Shown: positions 51,061 through 61,155, counted from the stretch's first letter. The stretch: DNA of 64,000 nt from Cyanobacteria bacterium P01_D01_bin.156 (GCA_039024555.1 JBCCQQ010000013.1:1-64000); one strand, 5' to 3'. The notes: generated by a model not told the origin, from the letters alone. Made by a program: numbers and translations.

Positions 51061-52752
51061 ATGCAGCAGCAGTTTATGAAAATCAAATCTGCAGTTCTCC
51101 CAATTCTTATAGGTATTTGCTCTTACGGAATTTTTCTTGCCCTTTCGAGAGTCTTTGGACCTGATTTTAGTATTCGTAACATTTCTATATTAAATCATTC
51201 TGTACTACAGCCTGCAATGTTTATCGCTGTTGCTGCTGGCTTATATTTGAATGTATCAGAAATTAATACTTCAGAGCTACTCAAAAATAGAGCTGCTATT
51301 TTAGCTGTACTACTTGTTGGTGTTCCCGTAAAAATACTTGTCCCAGGTTTCATATTGTTCGGAGTATCTTCTTTTGGGCTAGGTGTAGCTTTGCTGTGTG
51401 CTACAGTCATTGCTCAAATAGACCCTATCCTTACAGCTCGTAATGTCGATCCCGAACGATTTAGTGAAAAATCTGGAACGATTCTGAGATGCTGGTCCAG
51501 TTTTGATGATCCTATTACGGTCTTATTCGCCTTTTATGTCTTTTTGCCCCTTTTTTTTGAGGCATCGTCAGGCTCGATTGGTAGCTATCTGTTTGGATTA
51601 TGTATAGAAACTTTAGTTTGTGGTAGCACTGCTCGGTTTCTTTATGATGCTAATATTCGCTCCCAAAAGCTAGGGGTGGTTGCTACCTGCTTGAGTAGTG
51701 CCCTACTAGGTAGATTCTTACTACCGGCCGCTCTGGGGCTAGCCGTTCGTCCATTTAGAAATGAAAGGACTAAAACGACGCTTCTGAATTGGATTTTTTG
51801 GTTTAGTGCAGCCGTGATTGGTGGATTAGCCGTTGGTCTAGATATAAATTGGACTGCTGGCCTTGTTTTGGGCGTAAGCACGTTTGCGATCGCGCAGCCC
51901 TTGGTTTCCTTGATGTTTATCCGAGGTGACAGTCCGCCTAACTTTTGGCGTATAGTCTTTGGGCATCAGAATGGTATGACCGCTATTCTGTTGACAATTG
52001 CCATCGAATTACAAACAGGGCAAACACAGCTGATGTCGATTACAATTCCAGCAGTTTTGTTTATTGCTTTGTTTTACGGCTTCTCTAATTGGTGGTTAGA
52101 TAGATATTGGCCCACTCCCAACACTTCAGAAGTAGGCTTCTCTCAGAGAAATATTCAATCCTTGATGGACCAACCAGAGGTAAAATCACTAAGCAATAGC
52201 TCATCATATTCAGCCGTAGACAATACGAAAGAGCTAAATAAAATCGTAAATGAAATAGAAGACTTAACTAAGTTGACCGATGATGCACAGGAGGCCCTAG
52301 CAAATAGCCATCATTACACGGTCACTCAACTAAGGCAGAAATATAGACCCGAACCACTGCTAAAAAATGAGCTTGAGCATGAATTAAAGCAACAGCAGCA
52401 GTGTATCAATAGTTCACTAAATCATCTTGATAATTTAAAAGCATATCTTTTAGACATTCAAAGGCAAATAATCAAACAACAAAAAACTCTTTCTACAGAT
52501 GTGCCTAAGCCACTACGAGTGGATTTTGATGGAGCTCATAGGTTGCTTATGGCTGTAATCAAACCTGGCCATAGACAGTCTATGAACGCCAAATCACCTA
52601 CTACAGATGCAAAACTTGAAAAGCAATCGCTTACATTCAGCAAAGGTCACGAGTCAAGCAAACCAATCGAGGCCTATACAGCAGACATTACAGCCAGACT
52701 AAACAATATAGAGGAACGTTTACAAAAGTTCTGCAACGTATCCAATAAGTAA
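51061..52752 (+). CDS. Cation/proton-antiporter-like multi-TM protein with a C-terminal coiled-coil extension
   Basis: About 11 hydrophobic segments; AQIDP and WSSFDDP resemble CPA1 TDP and ESxxND motifs; last ~210 aa hydrophilic and heptad-rich. Confidence 0.6.
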   Translation: MQQQFMKIKSAVLPILIGICSYGIFLALSRVFGPDFSIRNISILNHSVLQPAMFIAVAAGLYLNVSEINTSELLKNRAAILAVLLVGVPVKILVPGFILFGVSSFGLGVALLCATVIAQIDPILTARNVDPERFSEKSGTILRCWSSFDDPITVLFAFYVFLPLFFEASSGSIGSYLFGLCIETLVCGSTARFLYDANIRSQKLGVVATCLSSALLGRFLLPAALGLAVRPFRNERTKTTLLNWIFWFSAAVIGGLAVGLDINWTAGLVLGVSTFAIAQPLVSLMFIRGDSPPNFWRIVFGHQNGMTAILLTIAIELQTGQTQLMSITIPAVLFIALFYGFSNWWLDRYWPTPNTSEVGFSQRNIQSLMDQPEVKSLSNSSSYSAVDNTKELNKIVNEIEDLTKLTDDAQEALANSHHYTVTQLRQKYRPEPLLKNELEHELKQQQQCINSSLNHLDNLKAYLLDIQRQIIKQQKTLSTDVPKPLRVDFDGAHRLLMAVIKPGHRQSMNAKSPTTDAKLEKQSLTFSKGHESSKPIEAYTADITARLNNIEERLQKFCNVSNK

Positions 52753-53046
52753 CTTTCTATCATCGGCAATACTACAGAGTGCAGATATATCACTTCCCCA
52801 ATAGTTAAACCTCTTGCATATCAAATCTAAGATGCATAATCCCTAGTAATAACTCACTGATAGTAGCTAATATGCAGTATGTAGTCATGTTGTGTGGAAT
52901 GGGGTTCAGCATTCTAAAATCCATTTCAGAATCTAAATAAACCTTTTTTTTCCTTTAAATACCGTTTTTGTACTTAAAATTACCCTAAATTACCGGTTTT
53001 TGCTGTACTGTTTGAATTGACAAGTTTATTGGAGGACCGGTTTGTT

Positions 53047-53202
53047 ATGGATAACAACCAAACTGATACATCGGCTAAAGTAGTATGCCAACATAAGCCT
53101 GGAGATGTATGGGCAGATGGTTGCTGTACATCACGTTCAAAAGAAACTAACGAGGCAAAAGCGGGCTCGTTAAGTAAATCTCAGAATGCTACACAAGAGT
53201 AA
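53047..53202 (+). CDS. Small Cys-containing hypothetical protein (51 aa)
   Basis: GGAGG RBS at 53031; VCQHKPGDVWADGCC; downstream hairpin GTCCAG...CTGGAC. Confidence 0.45.
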   Translation: MDNNQTDTSAKVVCQHKPGDVWADGCCTSRSKETNEAKAGSLSKSQNATQE

Positions 53203-53353
53203 ATTACTATATTTGTAGCGTTTGTGTGTCTGTAGATGTCTTATATCCGTACGTAGGTCCAGGTGTCTGTTTCTCAGATTTCTGGACCTTTAAGTATGGC
53301 GCGATTGCAAAACCAATGATCAATATTGCTGCAATAATTTGCACCTCACCCTC

Positions 53354-53423
53354 AGGCTCCGCCTGCTGCTAGTCAGGTGGCAGAGCCACCGCACCCGTTT
53401 ACCAGGCAGAGCCTGTGCACCAG
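53354..53423. repeat. AGGCTCTGCCTG-family palindromic repeat (partial copy)
   Basis: AGGCTCCGCCTGCT...CAGGTGGCAGAGCC...CAGGCAGAGCCTGTGCACCAG; related copy at 54588-54648. Confidence 0.55.
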
Positions 53424-53473
53424 TTCAGGGGCCTTTCACCTAGATATTAACGTCCAACCACAGCCCGCTAACG

Positions 53474-53575
53474 ATGGCCAGAGATGTTTTCCATAAGCAG
53501 GTCAAAAACGCCCTGATCAAAGATGGATGGCACATTACCCACGCTCAATATCCCATCCGCATCAGCAATGGATAA
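53474..53575 (+). pseudogene. xisH: xisH remnant (internal deletion)
   Basis: MARDVFHKQVKNALIKDGWHITH is the XisH N-terminus; it stops after 33 codons, overlapping the xisI start. Confidence 0.8.
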
Positions 53576-53903
53576 ACTAACTCAGTATCAAAATGCGATC
53601 AAACAAATCTTGAGCGATCATGTCGGCACCTCTCCATCAACCGATACCGTCCAAAACCAGCTTATCTTTGATGATGAAAGAGGACATTACCAGCTAATCT
53701 ACGTTGGCTGGTAAGATAAAAAGAGAGTCTTTGGCCCCGTTTTACACTTTGATATTCAAGACGGCAAAATCTGGGTTCAACACAACGGCACAGAAGACCC
53801 TATTGCCCAGCAGTTACTCGCCTTAGGTGTTCCAGAGTCCGATATTGTTCTCGGCTTCCATTCAGAGTTTAAACGTCAATTCACTCCTTATGCAGTGAGA
53901 TAA
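53568..53903 (+). pseudogene. xisI: xisI with an in-frame nonsense codon
   Basis: MDKLTQYQ...LIFDDERGHYQLIYVGW, TAA at 53712-53714, then DKKRVFGPVLHFDIQDGKIWVQHNGTE...GVPESDIVLGFH...YAVR*. Confidence 0.88.
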
Positions 53904-53933
53904 TGATCAAACTAGTGAGATAACGATCAAACT
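53894..53933. repeat. 20-bp tandem duplication at the xisI/Uma2 junction
   Basis: AGTGAGATAATGATCAAACT AGTGAGATAACGATCAAACT (one mismatch). Confidence 0.85.
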
Positions 53934-54498
53934 AAGGAAACAACCCTTCCAATTCCAAAACACAATCCCCCATCGGCAACGCCACCGTTTCCGTCGCCAA
54001 ATACGTCAGCTTTTGCCGATAGCCATACTCCCCCTGACTATCCCCATAGGGCTCACGGTAAACCTCCAACTGCTGATTCACCAAATTAAAAATCCAATAG
54101 TGCCCCACACCCGACTCCGCATACAGCGATAGCTTTGTCCCCCGGTCATAGGCCAGGGTCGAATCCGAAACCTCCATCACCACCCAACAATCCCCTGGCC
54201 CCGGATGCCCCACCAAATAATCATCTTGCCGATACTGAGCCACCACCACATCCGGTGATGGCTCACTCTGGTCAGATAGCGTAACCGGCTCCTGCCCCCG
54301 TACCGTTACCCGGTCTCCTAGCAACAAAATCAGCCGCCGCACCAACCGCGTATTGCACACAGAATGGGGCGTACGCTTGGGAGACATTTCGATTAGTTCA
54401 CCCCGAATTAACTCAACCGGCCCATCGTCAAAGAAACCCAGCTCACCCAACCGGTGAAACTCGTCCGTTGTAAATCGCTTGACCGATACAGCAACCAT
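53932..54498 (-). CDS. Uma2 (DUF820) PD-(D/E)XK endonuclease-fold protein
   Basis: VELIRGELIEMSP, SEPSPDVVV, MEVSDSTLAYDRGTKLSLYAESG..YWIFNL. Confidence 0.92.
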   Translation of the reverse strand: MVAVSVKRFTTDEFHRLGELGFFDDGPVELIRGELIEMSPKRTPHSVCNTRLVRRLILLLGDRVTVRGQEPVTLSDQSEPSPDVVVAQYRQDDYLVGHPGPGDCWVVMEVSDSTLAYDRGTKLSLYAESGVGHYWIFNLVNQQLEVYREPYGDSQGEYGYRQKLTYLATETVALPMGDCVLELEGLFP

Positions 54499-54587
54499 CT
54501 CTAGACCTTTGACACAGTTCTAATATAGCGTCTCAGATCGCCACAGGATTATCCCCTTGCCTGCACCCTCGATCATCCACACCAACC

Positions 54588-54648
54588 CTGGTGCCCAGTC
54601 TGCGCTTGCGCGCCCCCGCGCTAGGCTCTGCCTGCTAACCAGGTGGCA
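54588..54648. repeat. AGGCTCTGCCTG-family repeat (partial copy)
   Basis: CTGGTGCCCAG...CTAGGCTCTGCCTGCTAACCAGGTGGCA aligns with the 53354 copy. Confidence 0.55.
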
Positions 54649-54674
54649 ATCGGCCCATCGTCATCCCAGATCCC

Positions 54675-54797
54675 GTAGGGGCATCCCCTTGTGGGTGCCC
54701 TCGATAACCAACCCACGCTAACCCATCCGACCATCCATTCAACAATCGGCCTATATCAATCTGATCGAGGGGGTAAGCACAAGGCAATTACCCCTAC
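54675..54797. repeat. REPIN-like element: two GTAGGGG-type REPs in inverted orientation
   Basis: Left GTAGGGGCATCCCCTTGTGGGTGCCCTCGAT; reverse complement of the right copy GTAGGGGTAATTGCCTTGTGCTTACCCCCTCGAT. Confidence 0.75.
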
Positions 54798-54800
54798 ACA

Positions 54801-56594
54801 TCAATACTCCGCCAGCAGCGTCCCCAAATAATCAAACCCATCTACCCCAATCCAATGAATCACCTGCCGCCGCTGCCCCTGTAGCACCCGCTCAAACCCC
54901 TCCTTCCCCAGCTCTCCCGAAATTACCCGCAACAACCCCGCCCCCTGCCGCCATTCCGACGACCCAATCTGATGCAACAAATACATCCCTAACGCCCCGT
55001 ACAGCACTGCCGCCTCTACATTCTCTAACGCCCGCTGCGCCTCCGCCAAATACGTACAGGTCACCCCCTGCAAATACACATTCCCCGCTGCCTGGGTCAG
55101 CGGCAAGGCCTTTTCCAACGTTTCAATTGCCAACCCCGACTGCCCCGAAATACTGTAAGCAATGCCCATACTGTTATAGGCCAACGCCTTGCTCTGAAAA
55201 TCCCCCAGCGTTTCTGCCAGTTCTCGGCCTCGCTCCAAATAGCCAATCGCCTGCTCGTACACCGACAGATCCGGTGTATCCATATCCCGAGCTGCAAACA
55301 CCTCACTGTAGCCATAGTTCACCAGGGCATTGGCCTCCCCCGGCCTATCCCCCTGCTGCCGCGCCATAATCAACGCCCGCTGGCTAAAGTTCTTAGCTTC
55401 GCCATAATTTTTCTGCAGCACATGCACCCGCGCCAGATGGTTAAAGCTGGCAATCACACAGGGCTGGTCCCCTGCTTCCGTAGCAATCTCTAACGCTTCC
55501 TGATGAAACTCTAGAGCCTGCTCGTACCGCCCCAATGTCCGTTGGGAATATCCCAGTAACGTTAGCAGTCGTGCCTTCTCTTGAGTTCCTGGCACTTGCT
55601 TCAGTGGCTCCCCAAAGTAGTCCAGCGTATCCTGCAAATATCCACCATCAAAAGCGGCAAACACACCGCCATACAAGGGAAAATCATCCCGCTGGGCAAA
55701 GCTACGCAGGCTGTGCTGCATCAGCTGAAATGACCCACGACTCAGATAAGGTCGACTAAAGCCCTGGGCTAAGCTGGCCTCAATGCTGGCAAAAATCAAA
55801 AATGTGGAATAGGAAAGTTTTTTACCCAGATTTATGTTGTAAGGCTGTTGATCAAACCACTTCACTAAGCCCTGTTTCAGGTAGTGGAGCAAGATTGCCA
55901 GCTGCACCCAGCTACTCTCATCCAGCCGACTCCAGCCTCTTGCCAGCTCTGTCACCGATTCTCCTTTTGCCAACACATCAAAAAGTTGTTGTGGAACAGC
56001 AAAATCTACCCGCTTTGCCCAATATTGCCAAGGACCTCGTCGCTTTTCTGAGCCAAAGCCAATGTCTCTACCACCGGCTTCGTACATCCAGCTCACTAAC
56101 TCTCCTTCCAAATTTTGAAAAGCGGCTAATCCTGAAACAATACCTTTACTCAAAGTCTCATTACCCTCAGCTTCTAGAGACGTTGCCAACTGTTTCAATT
56201 GGTCTCGCGTGGGTGGCTGTTCTTGATTTGGGTCCAACAGTTTGAGCAGGGTGTCGAGCTGTTCTTCTCCAGTAGCCTCAGAAATTTGAGCCGTTACTGT
56301 CGACACTTTTTCCTCGACCTGCCGTGCCTTTTGCAAGTTGGCCCATTCTCCCTCTACCATTTGTAGGGCACGCACAATACGAGGCCCCTTGAAGGAGGTA
56401 TTCTGCTCCGCTGCCTGCATCCGCTCTGCTAAACAGCGTTCAAAAATTTCTCCTGTACCTGTGGCCAATCCTTGGTCTAGCTGTCGATATACCTGGGCCT
56501 TAGAGCGAATCTTACCTTTGAGGGTGGCCTGGATTAGGCTGTCAATTAGCTCAGAGCATTGGGCTACGACGGAATCGCCAGAATTATGCGCCAT
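54801..56594 (-). CDS. Conserved cyanobacterial TPR protein
   Basis: TLKGKIRSK N-terminus, FPLYGG, C-terminal TPRs (ALEFHQEAL, GEANAL, GALGMYLL). Confidence 0.85.
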   Translation of the reverse strand: MAHNSGDSVVAQCSELIDSLIQATLKGKIRSKAQVYRQLDQGLATGTGEIFERCLAERMQAAEQNTSFKGPRIVRALQMVEGEWANLQKARQVEEKVSTVTAQISEATGEEQLDTLLKLLDPNQEQPPTRDQLKQLATSLEAEGNETLSKGIVSGLAAFQNLEGELVSWMYEAGGRDIGFGSEKRRGPWQYWAKRVDFAVPQQLFDVLAKGESVTELARGWSRLDESSWVQLAILLHYLKQGLVKWFDQQPYNINLGKKLSYSTFLIFASIEASLAQGFSRPYLSRGSFQLMQHSLRSFAQRDDFPLYGGVFAAFDGGYLQDTLDYFGEPLKQVPGTQEKARLLTLLGYSQRTLGRYEQALEFHQEALEIATEAGDQPCVIASFNHLARVHVLQKNYGEAKNFSQRALIMARQQGDRPGEANALVNYGYSEVFAARDMDTPDLSVYEQAIGYLERGRELAETLGDFQSKALAYNSMGIAYSISGQSGLAIETLEKALPLTQAAGNVYLQGVTCTYLAEAQRALENVEAAVLYGALGMYLLHQIGSSEWRQGAGLLRVISGELGKEGFERVLQGQRRQVIHWIGVDGFDYLGTLLAEY

Positions 56595-57437
56595 AGGTCA
56601 GGAAATACAGCAAAGAAAATTCTTTCCTAGGATAGCGATAGAACGACGACCAAGGGTGATTCAACCCCTGTTTTTTAAGCATAGGTGATCTGCGTCACAA
56701 CTTGATTTCTTTTTGGGGTTTAGAAGGCGCTCTCCCTAAAGGTGTGAGCTACGTAGTGTATCGATGTCAAAAAACATACGAGGATCTACGGAGTTTTCTT
56801 AAGGTTGCATACGCTAGCCAAAACATTTGCCTGGAATAAAAACACGGGAGACTTTCGATAATTCTCTAATCTATCTGTCTGTAAGGCTTGCAATTAAATT
56901 CACAAGCACTTTGGTATCAGAAACTACTTAGCCAATGTGATCGAGATCGCTTATGGCCTAGAAGTTTTTCAATATCCCTAAAATTTTCTACATCCTAGAC
57001 AAGGCAATAATCTCAGCCGGATAGGCAGCTATTTTTTGTGGGTAATGTCATGCTCTTCTTAAAAATATGTTGCAGCTATTGTTTCTAATTGCTAAGGTGT
57101 GACCCATGAATTGTTTGTGATGCCGTTTGAAATGATCACCTGCGCATCATGGCAAGAGCATGTCCACGTCAAAGTCTATTGGTATTTTCTGAACGGCTCT
57201 GATTGTTAGTGATAGTCTTCCTGAATGGTCCTGCCGTTGAGCATTGTTCAGGTAATCGCTTCCTTGATTAGGGATTCTATGTTCTGGAGGTTGGGCATGA
57301 AGATCGTTCACTGAACAATTCAGCCACCTCAGTAAAGTCTCATTTCTATTTCAACAGTCATCTGAAGTTTTGTGCAGCTATAGGTTTTGGGCTGATTGGT
57401 ATGGCCCATGGCTAATATTGCCTGGAGATTTTTTACT

Positions 57438-58247
57438 ATGGATATGAAAGGAAAGACAGCCCTGGTTACAGGGGCTTCACGGGGTATTGGCCGTGCGATC
57501 GCAATTGAATTAGCAAGACAAGGAGCCAGCTACATTCTCCTCATTGCTCGCAATCTACAAAACCTACGCGAGGTTGCGACAGAAATTAATCGATATGGTG
57601 CCCAGGCCATACCTCTATCGGTAGATCTCACAGAATCAACGGCAGTCAACATCATTGTTGCCCAAGCCTGGAAAGACTATGGTCCATTTGATCTGTTGGT
57701 AAATTGCGCTGGCATTGCTTACCAATCCAGTTTCCTGAAAACACCTCTAAGAAATGCCCATGCAGAGCTGTCTACCAACCTAATGGGGTTATATACCGTA
57801 ACCTGGCTCGTAGGCCGTCGTATGGCCGCTCGCCGCCAGGGTACCATTGTCAACGTATCTAGCCTAATGGGCAAGATGGCCGCCCCGACAATGGCCACTT
57901 ACTCTGCCACCAAATTTGCCATTGTCGGGTTTACCCAAGCCCTTCGCCATGAGTTAGCACCCCATCGGGTACGTGTGGTAACCCTATTACCATCCCTGAC
58001 CGATACGGATATGGCACAACAGCTTGATCGCTTTCGCTGGGTTCTTCCCCTTACGACTGAACAAGTTGCTCAAGGTCTCATGGTGGGTCTAAAGTCTCGA
58101 CACTCAGAAATAACGATTGGCTGGCAAAGCCATCTAGCTCTGTTGTTTCAACGATTTCTGCCCCAAGCGATGGATAAACTTATTGGTTGGTCTGCTTTAG
58201 GAACTCTGCAGCCAACACCCATAGCTGCATCATCAAAAAACACATAA
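57438..58247 (+). CDS. Short-chain dehydrogenase/reductase
   Basis: TGASRGIG, LVNCAG, NVSS, YSATK. Confidence 0.92.
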   Translation: MDMKGKTALVTGASRGIGRAIAIELARQGASYILLIARNLQNLREVATEINRYGAQAIPLSVDLTESTAVNIIVAQAWKDYGPFDLLVNCAGIAYQSSFLKTPLRNAHAELSTNLMGLYTVTWLVGRRMAARRQGTIVNVSSLMGKMAAPTMATYSATKFAIVGFTQALRHELAPHRVRVVTLLPSLTDTDMAQQLDRFRWVLPLTTEQVAQGLMVGLKSRHSEITIGWQSHLALLFQRFLPQAMDKLIGWSALGTLQPTPIAASSKNT

Positions 58248-58958
58248 CAAACCTTACAAAAATAATCTCTTTAAAGCCCTTCTAGAAATTGTTTCTATAT
58301 TTTCTTCTCAAGGCTGGAGCTGCAATCTTGTCTTGAGAAGAAAACACCCTGCTCAGCAATGATTTCAACTTTAGTCAATACCTGAGCCCCTATAGTTTTC
58401 AAAGAGATAATGTATGGGGGCAAAGACACCCGTAAATTCTTGCTGAAAGAGGTAATAATTTGACGTTAAATTAGTTGAGTTAGCAAGGTCTATCAGTGAG
58501 TTTGTTATTACTGCTTAACAACTGTTCTTTTTGATTGATTTAATAGCCGGTTTTTTGATTGATTTTTAACTTATTTAAATAATCGGTAATGACTATAGAG
58601 CATCCTTTTTTACAGTTGGGTGGTTATACTGGTAGGGTATATCACCCCCTGTATAAGGCTTCGTAGTTACGAGCACGAATAGATAATTGATGATAAGGAT
58701 TACAGTCTAAGACTTGCCTAGTAGCCGTCCTGATTCATGAACGTCGATTCGGAAAATCATTATGGGGTTTGGATTGCTCTCTATGAGATAGGAAAAGCGT
58801 TTTTGTGGTTTTCCTGCTGTATGTCTAGAGCGATTCTTACTATCACTTTGATGAAGTGTTCCAAATGTGATGTTGAGGCTACGCTTAGTTTCAATGTTGC
58901 GCATACAGGTCCCATGACCTAATTGAATAGGCTTTATGCCGGGATTGTTGTTAAGTAG

Positions 58959-59654
58959 GTGACGAATGCCATGGTTGATGTGAAAGCTCCTCCTCCGAGG
59001 GATTACATTAACGTCATGGAACTTTTGGTGGCAGAAGAGGTAGAGCAACAGCTGCGCCAGCTACCAACGCGTGTTCTTAAGTATGTTAAAGCTGTTGAGG
59101 TTGAGACCTATGCCTTAAATCGGCTGCCATCGCTGTATGCAGCTAGCGAAAAGGGCTGGCAGTCTCAATATCAAAAGGCCAAACGTGAGCTGCATAAAGA
59201 GATTAGAAGTTCGGTTAGACAAGCGATCGCAGCTGTACAGATAGATCCGCTACGAGCCTCTCAGCCGCTGGCACGTCAGTGGTCGCCTTCTAGCCCGAAT
59301 GGTGCATTGTTAGAACAGTTTCGGGCAGCTTTAGGGCAGCCAAATCTAACGTGGGAATCACTATTGCGCAAATGCAAGCGTGCTGGAGCTGCGCAACAAG
59401 CCACCATGCATCAATCCCATCATCAAAACTCTTCACTGCAATATTCTGCAGGCCATGGGGCGAATGATCACCCGGCAGCAGTATCCGAGACGAGCTATGC
59501 TCAACCCCATCAGCCGGAGCACCATGGCACTGTATGGCGTCCGGGTACTTATGGTGAGACCTCCTGGCATCCCAAGCGAAACCATGGGTATCGAGCACCT
59601 AAGCCGCCCTCGGTTTCGGAGAACTATGACTGGAACGATTCTCGGTATCGATAG
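58959..59654 (+). CDS. ComFB-family protein
   Basis: NVMELLV, ETYALNRLPSLYA, VRQAIAAVQIDP. Confidence 0.85.
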   Translation: MTNAMVDVKAPPPRDYINVMELLVAEEVEQQLRQLPTRVLKYVKAVEVETYALNRLPSLYAASEKGWQSQYQKAKRELHKEIRSSVRQAIAAVQIDPLRASQPLARQWSPSSPNGALLEQFRAALGQPNLTWESLLRKCKRAGAAQQATMHQSHHQNSSLQYSAGHGANDHPAAVSETSYAQPHQPEHHGTVWRPGTYGETSWHPKRNHGYRAPKPPSVSENYDWNDSRYR

Positions 59655-59766
59655 ACCTCGCTCTACACTGCATAAAATTCTTCTTAAATTCCAGGCCATA
59701 GCCATGAGTCCATCGAATGGATACGCTTATTCGATGGGCTCATAGTTGCTGACTTAGTGACATAAC

Positions 59767-61155
59767 CTAGTCGCCTAACATGGCTTGGGCCTTAGCTAAG
59801 GCCTGTCGAACTTGCTCAAATCCAGTACCACCGAAGCTATTGCGGGCGGCGACCACCTGCTGAGGGGAAATGGCCGTGTAAATGTCCTCTTCAAAAGCAG
59901 GATGCATTGCTTTCCACTCGTCTAAGGTCAAGTCCTTCAGCAGTTTGCCAGCTGCTAGAGATGTTTTCACAACGGGACCCACTAAATTGTAAGCATCCCG
60001 GAATGGAACGCCCTTCGCGGCCAAATAGTCTGCCACATCCGTTGCATTGGACAAGTCACTGGCCACTGCTTCTGCTAGCCGTTGGGGACGAAACTCCATG
60101 CCGTGATTCAGCAAAATGGTCATAGCCTGCACACAGGCTTGCACAGTTTTAACTGTGTCAAACAGGGCTTCTTTGTCTTCTTGTAAATCCTTGTTATAGG
60201 CCAAAGGTAGCCCCTTCATCATGGTCAATAAACCTTGCAAATGGCCAAACACCCGACCGGTCTTACCGCGTACTAACTCAGGAACGTCGGGGTTTTTCTT
60301 TTGGGGCATAATGCTGGAGCCAGTAGAGCAGCTATCGGTGAGGCTCACAAACCGGAATTCTTCTGATGCCCAAAAAATGACTTCCTCTGCTAAGCGCGAC
60401 AGGTGCACCATGATGATGCTGACAGCCCCTGTAAACTCAATGGCAAAGTCGCGATCGCTAACGGCATCTAGACTGTTGGCATAAACTCGCTCAAATCCTA
60501 ACTGCTCTGCCGTGTACTGACGGTCAATGGGGAATGTGGTCCCTGCTAGGGCACCTGCCCCTAAGGGGGAAATATTAACGCGCTTAGCGACATCCTCAAG
60601 ACGTTCATAGTCACGTTGGATCATCTCCACATAGGCCAGCAGATGGTGGGCCAAACTTAACGGCTGGGCCCGCTGCAAGTGGGTATAGCCAGGAATTAGG
60701 GTTTCTACATGATTAGCCGCGTGGGCTAATAGGGCCTTTTGAAACTCCCGCAGTAGTGATTGAGTTATTTGTATTTGCGATCGCAAATACAGCCTAATAT
60801 CTGTCCCGACCTGGTCATTCCGGGAGCGACCTGTATGCAATTTCTTTCCTAAAGGCCCCAACAGCTCCGTCAGCCGGCGCTCTACTGCAAAGTGGACATC
60901 TTCTTGATCCACACCAGGAGTAAATGTTCCCTGTCGATATTCCTGACGAATAGTCTCTAAACCATCCACTAGCTGCTGCCCCTCAGCCGCCGAAATTATC
61001 CCCACTTTGGCGAGCATTTTGGCATGGGCCTGGGACCCAGTCAGATCATATTCAATCAGCGCAATATCAAACCCAATGCTGGCATTGAACTCAGCAATAA
61101 ACGGATGCAAACCAGCATCAAACCGCTGGCTCCATGGTGTGGACGACGTACTCAA
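59767..61155 (-). CDS. argH: Argininosuccinate lyase
   Basis: [43 protein letters not shown]. Confidence 0.97.
   Translation of the reverse strand: MSTSSTPWSQRFDAGLHPFIAEFNASIGFDIALIEYDLTGSQAHAKMLAKVGIISAAEGQQLVDGLETIRQEYRQGTFTPGVDQEDVHFAVERRLTELLGPLGKKLHTGRSRNDQVGTDIRLYLRSQIQITQSLLREFQKALLAHAANHVETLIPGYTHLQRAQPLSLAHHLLAYVEMIQRDYERLEDVAKRVNISPLGAGALAGTTFPIDRQYTAEQLGFERVYANSLDAVSDRDFAIEFTGAVSIIMVHLSRLAEEVIFWASEEFRFVSLTDSCSTGSSIMPQKKNPDVPELVRGKTGRVFGHLQGLLTMMKGLPLAYNKDLQEDKEALFDTVKTVQACVQAMTILLNHGMEFRPQRLAEAVASDLSNATDVADYLAAKGVPFRDAYNLVGPVVKTSLAAGKLLKDLTLDEWKAMHPAFEEDIYTAISPQQVVAARNSFGGTGFEQVRQALAKAQAMLGD

Noticed and set aside
43454..51885. Apparent HIP1 gap as proof of horizontal transfer
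   Set aside because: Counted by eye only, a HIP1 site occurs inside the island at about 51886, and gaps of several kb occur elsewhere in the window; suggestive at most.
53474..53903. xisH/xisI as a sign of an fdxN-type excision element
   Set aside because: No recombinase or interrupted nif gene is present, both genes are broken, and xisHI pairs are commonly scattered in cyanobacterial genomes.
56595..57437. Long intergenic region as a possible ncRNA or riboswitch
   Set aside because: No recognisable motif or convincing structure; consistent with a divergent promoter region.
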